Assembly: GCF_031528575.1 (NCBI RefSeq)
Contig: NZ_JAVLSP010000034.1
Span: 21,096 to 37,095, forward strand
Length of the DNA: 16,000 bases
Source: Candidatus Sororendozoicomonas aggregata
GTDB taxonomy: Bacteria > Pseudomonadota > Gammaproteobacteria > Pseudomonadales > Endozoicomonadaceae
Direction: 5' to 3'
Both the position numbers and the translations under genes were made by a program. Shown in pieces: positions 1 to 5,364 of this stretch; the stretch's first letter is position 1, and each line of letters starts with the position of its first letter. The notes below the pieces were generated by a model. That model saw only the letters and a program-made list of their open reading frames with translations. It did not search any database and had not been told where the DNA came from.

Positions 1-2
1 AC

Positions 3-536
3 AGCCTGGAAGCCTATTGCTCGCCATCCTATCACCCAATGAGTCAGGGAATCGCATTAGAAGGCATGCGGTTGATCAAAGAGAATTTGCCGATCGTTTA
101 TGAGACCCCTTCCAATATGGAAGCCCGCGGCCATATGATGACCGCCGCTGCCATGGGGGCTACAGCTTTCCAAAAAGGTCTCGGAGCCATGCACGCCCTC
201 TCTCACCCTGTCAGCGCGGTATTTAACACCCCCCACGGCATGACCAATGCCGTCGTCATGCCTGCCGTACTGAGGTTCAACCGCCCAGCCATCGAAGAAA
301 GTATCACGTCAGCTGCCTCTTATATGGGAATAGATGGCGGCTTCGATGGTTTCTACGATCACATGATCGCACTCTCTGAAACACTAAATGTCCCGAAATC
401 ACTTGAAGAACTCGGCGCAAACCCGGGCAAAATTGAATTACTCGCAAAAATGGCTATTAAAGACCCAAGCGCTGGAGGAAACCCGGTTGAGTTGACCTTA
501 GAGGCCGCGATTAATCTTTATAGTGAGTGTTTTTAA
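3..536 (+). CDS. Iron-containing (group III) alcohol dehydrogenase family protein, C-terminal part. The 5' end lies upstream of the window.
   Basis: The frame of ORF 39..536 stays open back to nt 3 (SLEAYCSPSYHP precedes the listed Met), so the gene starts upstream. It contains the metal-site region GAMHALSHPVS...HGMTNAVVMPAVLRFN typical of Fe-ADH (PF00465-type) enzymes. Stop TAA at 534..536. Confidence 0.85.
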   Translation, partial: SLEAYCSPSYHPMSQGIALEGMRLIKENLPIVYETPSNMEARGHMMTAAAMGATAFQKGLGAMHALSHPVSAVFNTPHGMTNAVVMPAVLRFNRPAIEESITSAASYMGIDGGFDGFYDHMIALSETLNVPKSLEELGANPGKIELLAKMAIKDPSAGGNPVELTLEAAINLYSECF

Positions 537-586
537 ACCCTGATCAAGCCGTGTCGTCAATGTGGAAGAATGGAAAGTACCGTGGC

Positions 587-700
587 TCACTTACTTACCA
601 AGGCAAGTCGTTGCCCAAAGAAGCGACAACATTGACCTGGCTTCTCCACACCATCGCAAAAGTGGGTGGCTGGCGTGGCTCAGTAAGCGGGGTAAACACA
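587..700 (+). pseudogene. Probable remnant of the C-terminus of an IS4/Tn5(IS50)-like transposase
   Basis: The frame of ORF 527..775 reads KSLPKEATTLTWLLHTIAKVGGWRGS. As I recall it, the conserved C-terminal block of Tn5/IS4-family transposases is ...GSLQWAYMAIARLGGFMDS..., which this resembles. Only about 35 to 60 codons are present. There is no catalytic DDE region, and two frames are open here, as expected for decayed sequence. Confidence 0.35.
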
Positions 701-781
701 GCCCAGAGAATTTTAACATCAGACTCAAAAAGGGAGGTGCTACACTTTTATTATATATTCGTAGCAATTCGGTAAAGAGTG

Positions 782-1045
782 ATGCGTGATTTTTATTTCA
801 CCTTCAAGTACGGTCATAGTCACTTCCCCGGCCATATCAGAATTACTGCTGAAGATCAGGAAGCAGCAACGGCGTTGATGAACAAAAATTACAGTGATCA
901 GTGGTATCACTGTTATGATCAGTTGGCAGATATTGAGCCAGTGGAATGCAATGAGGTAGGGCATATTACCCAGACAGATAGCAAAGCCTCTCTGCTGGCG
1001 AAATATTCTACGCGGTCACCTGAAGAAAATATTTTGTATCATTAA
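782..1045 (+). CDS. Small hypothetical protein (87 aa)
   Basis: Open frame with ATG at 782 preceded by AAAGAG (774..779). The listed ORF begins one codon earlier at GTG 779. The product MRDFYFTFKYGHSHFPGHIRITAEDQEAATALMNKNYSDQWYHCY... has the feel of small orphan or phage-associated proteins, but I cannot name a family. It is followed by a hairpin at 1058..1097. Confidence 0.5.
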   Translation: MRDFYFTFKYGHSHFPGHIRITAEDQEAATALMNKNYSDQWYHCYDQLADIEPVECNEVGHITQTDSKASLLAKYSTRSPEENILYH

Positions 1046-1057
1046 GCCAGCCTCAAA

Positions 1058-1097
1058 CTCCAGGAGCCTGTCGGACCGATAGTCACAGGCTGCTTGG
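1058..1097. mobile_element. Collapsed relic of the type-1 MITE (left and right termini only), forming a hairpin
   Basis: CTCCAGGAGCCTGTCGGACCGATAGTCACAGGCTGCTTGG. Its left part matches the type-1 terminus CTAGGAGCCTGTCCGAGAATAG. Its right part matches the opposite terminus GACAGGCTCCTAG / GTCAGGCTGCTAG. The interior is missing. Confidence 0.45.
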
Positions 1098-1129
1098 TAA
1101 CCGGTATCAGCCGACGACCCTTCCAACTT

Positions 1130-1279
1130 CGCTTTACGCGGCAAGCTGAACGCCAGCCCTGTGTTGCAGCGCCTCGCAATAAGCAGGATTTATACCAATC
1201 GACGCTTCTAAATGCGCTTTACGTTGACAAACTGAACGCCAGATCCGCATTAAAACGCCTCGCGATAGCTCGGGCTATT
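1130..1279. repeat. Degenerate direct repeat of about 85 bp, two units
   Basis: Units start at 1130 and 1215. They share the perfect blocks CGCTTTACG, CTGAACGCCAG and CGCCTCGC in the same order and spacing, with diverged sequence between the blocks. Confidence 0.5.
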
Positions 1280-1367
1280 ACTCGTCGTTTTGCCTTGTTC
1301 TGACGCCCAGTTTGCAGACTCTTACGGTAGTTAGAAAAGACGATTAATAGTAGAAACTGCCTGTTTC

Positions 1368-1680
1368 CCCTATTTGTTCACTACATGACGCCCATGCTTT
1401 TTAGAAAACCGAAAAACAGGCGGCTCTTCCGTGGGTTCTGCTTATCACAAAAAATCATGAACCGTTTATTATAAAAAGCGATGTATGGTTTGAAATGAAT
1501 GGGCTAAAAAAATGGTGGATTTCAGTTATTAATAGTTACGGTAGTCTCATCATTTGATGTTGTTGGCTATATCATTTTTTATTCTATCCATCTCATTATT
1601 GGAAGCTATTTATCTGGTTTTAATTGACGGTTTAATCAAAAAAATAGTCTATTTTTAGACAGTTACGCGTTTCAAATGAG
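1368..1680 (+). promoter_or_regulatory. AT-rich upstream region of LDLa gene 1, duplicated upstream of gene 2, with a candidate -35 TTGACG at 1624..1629
   Basis: About 310 bp of non-coding sequence is conserved almost base for base with 5046..5364, including TTGACGGTTTAATCAAAAAAATAGTCTATTTTTAG. No convincing -10 hexamer or strong Shine-Dalgarno is visible, only GAG at 1678..1680. Confidence 0.3.
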
Positions 1681-4600
1681 ATGTCAGTTATGTATTTACT
1701 CTTTTTTTATGCTTGTTTCATGGCGCTGTCAGTGTCAGTAAGCCCAACAATTTATGCTGATCCTGATTCCAATCAACCTTTTGGCCCGACCAACGTTATA
1801 CTTAATCACCCTAATAATTTGAGCAATCATCTGGAGGAGGCAAAAGACAATTTAACAGACGATTTTCATAAGTACTGTCGAACCATGCTATTGGCAGAAG
1901 CAGAAGGCTTTACCGATAAGGAAAACTTTTTGAATAGCGAAAGGAAGTCACCTCGTTACTATTTATTCAAGTCGTTATGTATCCGCCATTTCTGGGCTCC
2001 TACCTTCGATAGTTTTATGCGGTACATTGTACACGGAGACCCTGTTCAGGTTTCAGAACTCCCCTTGTTGAAAACCATGATAAAACTGTGTGAGGCACAC
2101 CCCGGAATGACTATTGGTGAGATGATCAGCGAGGTAGAAAACCAGCAGCACGAAGATGAGGGTATCAACACTTTTTTAAGCTATAAAAACAACAGTCTCG
2201 AAAAGCATCAACAAGCGCTGGATGAGATCGTCGGCTTCTATCAGTCCGATAACGACGGGGAATACGAGGGTATCAACCCTGTTTCAGACGACAAAGCCAA
2301 CAGTATCCACAAGCATCAACAAGCGTTGGCTGAAGTCGGCTACGATGAGCTTGAGAACAGCGGGGAATCCTGTGGGGAGTCCTGGTTTGACGGCTGGTTT
2401 GAACACACAAGATTCTCTGGTGTGATAAGCAAACTGACAAACCTGGCTTCTTCCTTTGTCTCCCCTTTGAGCTTGCTAGTGACGGGGCTGCCCTGTGGCG
2501 TGTCAGGTTTTGATTGTAGAAGTGGGGAAACAGTACCGGATAATCGGGTATGTGATGGCAAATGGCACTGCTCTGACGGTAGTGATGAGGCCACCTTCTT
2601 TACGATAGATTTCGAGACCCCCTGTTTTCTATGTAGAGATGATAGTAAGCTGATTCAGAGTAAACTGCTCTGCGACGGCAAGAGACAGTGCGAGGACGGC
2701 AGCGATGAGTCAACCAGCGATGACTATCCCGTCTGTTTCCAATGTAGCGAGGGTGAGCTGATTCGCCGTAATCACAAGATCTGCGATGGCAAAAACGACT
2801 GCGGCAATGGCAGTGATGAGCGTGTCAGCGGCGAGAATCCGTCCTGTCTTCGATGTACAAATGGCGCTATGAGACCTATTGCATTTAAATGCGATGGCTA
2901 CAGAGACTGCCGTAGTGGCAGTGATGAGCTGGCGTGTAATAAGCCTGATACTACTAGCCCCACTGGTAGCCCTACTATTGGCAACTCCTATGTTTGTGAA
3001 AACGGGAAAACCATCCCGGCAGGACAGCGCTGTAATGGAAATCACGAATGTGCTGACGGGAGTGATGAGCAAGCATCAAGGTGCTGTGAAAATCCAGAGC
3101 AGTGGGTTAACGGTACTACCGGGCTGTGTGTTAAAAAAGGCGACCCCGGCACCAGATTCTATGTCTGTCAGAACGGGCATATCATCAATAAAACATTGCA
3201 CTGCGATGGCAATGACAACTGCGGTGACCGGAGTGATGAGAAAGTAGCAACGTGCTGTGAAAATCCAGAGCAGTGGGTTAACGGTGCTACCGGGCTGTGT
3301 GTTAAAAAAGGCGACCCCGGCACCAGATTCTATGCCTGTCAGAACGGGCATATTATGAATAAAACATTGCACTGCGATGGCGATGACGGCTGCGGTGACG
3401 GGAGTGATGAGCGTCCATCAGATTGCTGTGGAAGCAGTGTTCACTCTGTCACCGGGGAGTGTAATAAAAAAGGTGACCCTGACACCAAATTCTTTGTCTG
3501 TGAAAACGGGGAGCGAACCATTCGGGATGACTATCGCTGTAATAATGATTTGAATTGCCCTGACGGCAGTGATGAGCGTACCAACGGCACACGCCCTCCC
3601 TGTTTTCGTTGTGAAAATGGTCGGGTGATTCACAAGTCTGTTTTCATCCAATGCGATGGGGCTAACAACTGCGGTGACTGGAGTGATGAGAGCACCAGCG
3701 GTGAGAACCCTCCCTGTTTTCGTTGTCAAAACGATAAGGTGATTAACCGTGATAACTATCTCTGTGATGGTAGTAACCATTGCGATGACTGGAGTGATGA
3801 ACAGGCCGCGGACTGCTGTAAAAATCCGCGGCGGTGGGTTAACGGTACCACCGGGTTGTGTCATAAAAAGGGAACACGGGGCCACAAATTCTTTGTTTGT
3901 GAAAAAGGGCATACCATCCGAGGAATATGGCATTGTGATACTGGTGACGATTGCGGTGACAGGAGTGATGAAAAGACCAGGGACTGCTGTGTAAATGGGG
4001 AGCTGGGGGTTGATCGTACCACCGGACTGTGTAACAAAATAAGACACCCTGGCGCCAAACTTTATGCTTGCGAGGACGGGCGAACCGTCGCCGGAGATAA
4101 GCGCTGTGACGGTACTATAAACTGCCCTGACGGCAGCGATGAGCGTACCAACGGCACATACCCCCCGTGTTTTAAGTGCAACGATGGTCGATTAGCGTTC
4201 GCTGAAATACGCTGTAACGGTGTAATAAACTGCCCTGACGGCGGTGATGAGCGTACCAACGGCACACACCCCCCGTGTTTTAAGTGCAACGATGGTCAGG
4301 TGAAGCCCACTGAGATGCGCTGTGACGGGAGTATAAACTGCGCTGACGGCAGTGATGAGTTGGCGTGCAATAAATTCAATATTACTCATATTGGTAATAC
4401 GACGAATTTTGGTAATACGACGAATTTTGGTAATACGACGAATTTTGGTAATCATTCTTCCATGGGCAATTCTACTGATCTTACCGACTCTCCTGATACG
4501 CCTGATACTAATAATGCTGTTTTAAGCGCGCTTCTATCGACCCCAGTCCTGGTGGCGATAGGCGCAGGGGCAGGCCTGGCCTATTATGCTGTAATGCTGG

Positions 4601-4725
4601 TCATTGAAAAAGATAAAATAAAGTCAGAAGGTAAGTTTAAATGGCTGGTTTCTCCTATCACCACCCCCTATAAATACCTGAGGCGTCGTTGTGGCCACCA
4701 AGAAGTTGAAGCTGAGGAAGTGTAG
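1681..4725 (+). CDS. LDL-receptor class A (LDLa) repeat protein with 14 modules, an N-terminal signal peptide and a C-terminal TM anchor (paralogue 1)
   Basis: 1014-aa ORF. Signal-like N-terminus MSVMYLLFFYACFMALSVSVSPTIYA|D. There are 14 occurrences of C-[DN]-G-x3-C-x-D-x-[SG]-D-E (for example CDGKRQCEDGSDE, CDGNDNCGDRSDE). TM helix AVLSALLSTPVLVAIGAGAGLAYYAVMLVI at 4516..4605, followed by a basic tail. The start could be ATG 1681 or ATG 1690. Confidence 0.85.
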   Translation: MSVMYLLFFYACFMALSVSVSPTIYADPDSNQPFGPTNVILNHPNNLSNHLEEAKDNLTDDFHKYCRTMLLAEAEGFTDKENFLNSERKSPRYYLFKSLCIRHFWAPTFDSFMRYIVHGDPVQVSELPLLKTMIKLCEAHPGMTIGEMISEVENQQHEDEGINTFLSYKNNSLEKHQQALDEIVGFYQSDNDGEYEGINPVSDDKANSIHKHQQALAEVGYDELENSGESCGESWFDGWFEHTRFSGVISKLTNLASSFVSPLSLLVTGLPCGVSGFDCRSGETVPDNRVCDGKWHCSDGSDEATFFTIDFETPCFLCRDDSKLIQSKLLCDGKRQCEDGSDESTSDDYPVCFQCSEGELIRRNHKICDGKNDCGNGSDERVSGENPSCLRCTNGAMRPIAFKCDGYRDCRSGSDELACNKPDTTSPTGSPTIGNSYVCENGKTIPAGQRCNGNHECADGSDEQASRCCENPEQWVNGTTGLCVKKGDPGTRFYVCQNGHIINKTLHCDGNDNCGDRSDEKVATCCENPEQWVNGATGLCVKKGDPGTRFYACQNGHIMNKTLHCDGDDGCGDGSDERPSDCCGSSVHSVTGECNKKGDPDTKFFVCENGERTIRDDYRCNNDLNCPDGSDERTNGTRPPCFRCENGRVIHKSVFIQCDGANNCGDWSDESTSGENPPCFRCQNDKVINRDNYLCDGSNHCDDWSDEQAADCCKNPRRWVNGTTGLCHKKGTRGHKFFVCEKGHTIRGIWHCDTGDDCGDRSDEKTRDCCVNGELGVDRTTGLCNKIRHPGAKLYACEDGRTVAGDKRCDGTINCPDGSDERTNGTYPPCFKCNDGRLAFAEIRCNGVINCPDGGDERTNGTHPPCFKCNDGQVKPTEMRCDGSINCADGSDELACNKFNITHIGNTTNFGNTTNFGNTTNFGNHSSMGNSTDLTDSPDTPDTNNAVLSALLSTPVLVAIGAGAGLAYYAVMLVIEKDKIKSEGKFKWLVSPITTPYKYLRRRCGHQEVEAEEV
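3082..3423 (+). repeat. Near-identical 171-bp (57-aa) in-frame tandem duplication, two units
   Basis: Units 3082..3252 and 3253..3423 both begin TGCTGTGAAAATCCAGAGCAGTGGGTTAACGG. They differ at only a handful of positions over the first ~125 nt. A third, diverged unit starts at 3424. Confidence 0.9.
4123..4338 (+). repeat. 108-bp (36-aa) in-frame tandem duplication, two units
   Basis: Units 4123..4230 and 4231..4338 both begin TGCCCTGACGGC(A/G)G(C/T)GATGAGCGTACCAACGGCACA(T/C)ACCCCCCGTGTTTTAAGTGCAACGATGGTC. Paralogue 2 has a single unit, starting at 8431. Confidence 0.9.
4393..4452 (+). repeat. 18-bp in-frame tandem repeat GGTAATACGACGAATTTT (GNTTNF), three units plus a partial unit
   Basis: Perfect units at 4393..4410, 4411..4428 and 4429..4446, followed by GGTAAT. 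Paralogue 2 has one diverged unit at 8593..8610. Confidence 0.95.
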
Positions 4726-4851
4726 CCAATTATAATCCGTCGTCGTTTAATAATCAGCGGTTTATCAGCGCTTTGCCAGGATATCGAATATTGATGGGTG
4801 TCCTGGTAATACCCTGGTAATAGCCCGAACAAACGCCGCATATCTTGCCTG

Positions 4852-4935
4852 TTAGCCCGGATATTTCATAAACTGCCCTTAGAGCCGCAAGGAGCAAGCA
4901 AGGCCAGGAGCATGTTTATGAAATATCCAGGTTAG
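4852..4935 (+). mobile_element. Type-2 MITE-like palindromic element (84 bp), flanked by TTAG
   Basis: Termini are GCCCGGATATTTCATAAAC ... GTTTATGAAATATCCAGG(T). It is nearly identical to the reverse complement of 12244..12327. It lies exactly at the end of duplication unit 1. Confidence 0.7.
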
Positions 4936-4989
4936 TAAAAAGGGAAAGGACTTCCCTTTAAAAATATTAAGAAGCAGTCTTAAAAGTCT

Positions 4990-5058
4990 GCCCGTAGCGA
5001 GGACCGCGAGAAATGGCGGATAAAAAGTCGCTTTTGTGAGGAGAATAGCGGGACTATT
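4990..5058 (+). mobile_element. Truncated internal fragment of the type-1 MITE
   Basis: GCCCGTAGCGAGGACCGCGAGAAATGGCGGATAAAAAGTCGCTTTTGTGAGGAGAATAGCGGGACTATT aligns with the left-central part of the copies at 8887, 12080 and (reverse complement) 10737. The terminal inverted repeats are absent. Confidence 0.5.
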
Positions 5059-5364
5059 GTTCATCACATGACGCCCCATGCTTTTTAGAAAACCAAAAAA
5101 CAGGCGGCTCTTCCATGGGGTCTGTTTATCACAAAAAATCATGAACCGTTTATTATAAAAAGTGAGGATATGGTTTGAAACGAATGGGCTAAAAAAATGG
5201 CTGATTTCAGTTCGTAATAACCACGGGAGTCTCATCATTTAATGTTGTTGGCTATATCATTTTTCATTCTATCTATCTCATTATTGGAAGCTATTTATCT
5301 GTTTTCAATTGACGGTTAAATCAAAAAATAGTCTATTTTTAGGCAGTTACGCGCTTCAAGTGAG
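5046..5364 (+). promoter_or_regulatory. Duplicated upstream region of LDLa gene 2, with a candidate -35 TTGACG at 5309..5314
   Basis: Near-identical to 1368..1680. Conservation of this much non-coding sequence between paralogues suggests a shared promoter or leader. Confidence 0.3.

Larger units (their letters stand above)
2494..4368 (+). repeat. In-frame array of 14 LDLa-like modules (36- to 38-aa and 57-aa types)
   Basis: The recurring 9-mers AGTGATGAG / AGCGATGAG (S-D-E) appear at module spacing. Cysteine spacing is conserved throughout. Confidence 0.85.

Noticed and set aside
527-964. ORFs 527..775 (+), 562..789 (+) and 740..964 (-) as real genes.
   Set aside because: The two + ORFs overlap each other in different frames, which is interpreted as a decayed transposase remnant. 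The minus ORF overlaps the better-supported 782..1045 (+) ORF.
1094-1303. 69-aa ORF (TTG start) downstream of the small orphan gene.
   Set aside because: It lies over the degenerate 85-bp direct repeat, so its Arg/Ala-rich product mirrors the repeat. It has no Shine-Dalgarno.
1702-1708. T7 homopolymer tracts in the signal-peptide coding region (1702..1708 in gene 1; 5386..5392 and 5396..5402 in gene 2) as possible phase-variation switches.
   Set aside because: Seven residues is short for slipped-strand switching. The tracts simply encode the Phe-rich signal core (LFFY), and no frameshifted copy is seen.
2222-4455. Many long ORFs on the antisense strand and in alternative sense frames inside LDLa gene 1, for example 2710..3072 (-), 3076..3372 (-), 3418..4047 (-) of 209 aa, and 2879..3247 (+).
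   Set aside because: They overlap the 1014-aa ORF completely. Their products are low-complexity echoes of the repeat (ITPVTAVV..., VMS...). They stay open only because the repeated codon pattern, such as AGTGATGAG and TGCGATGGC, lacks stops in those frames.
4879-5238. 119-aa ORF on the minus strand between the two LDLa genes.
   Set aside because: It runs through the type-2 MITE, the type-1 fragment and the duplicated promoter region. It has no homologous ORF in the equivalent region upstream of gene 1 and no recognisable motifs.
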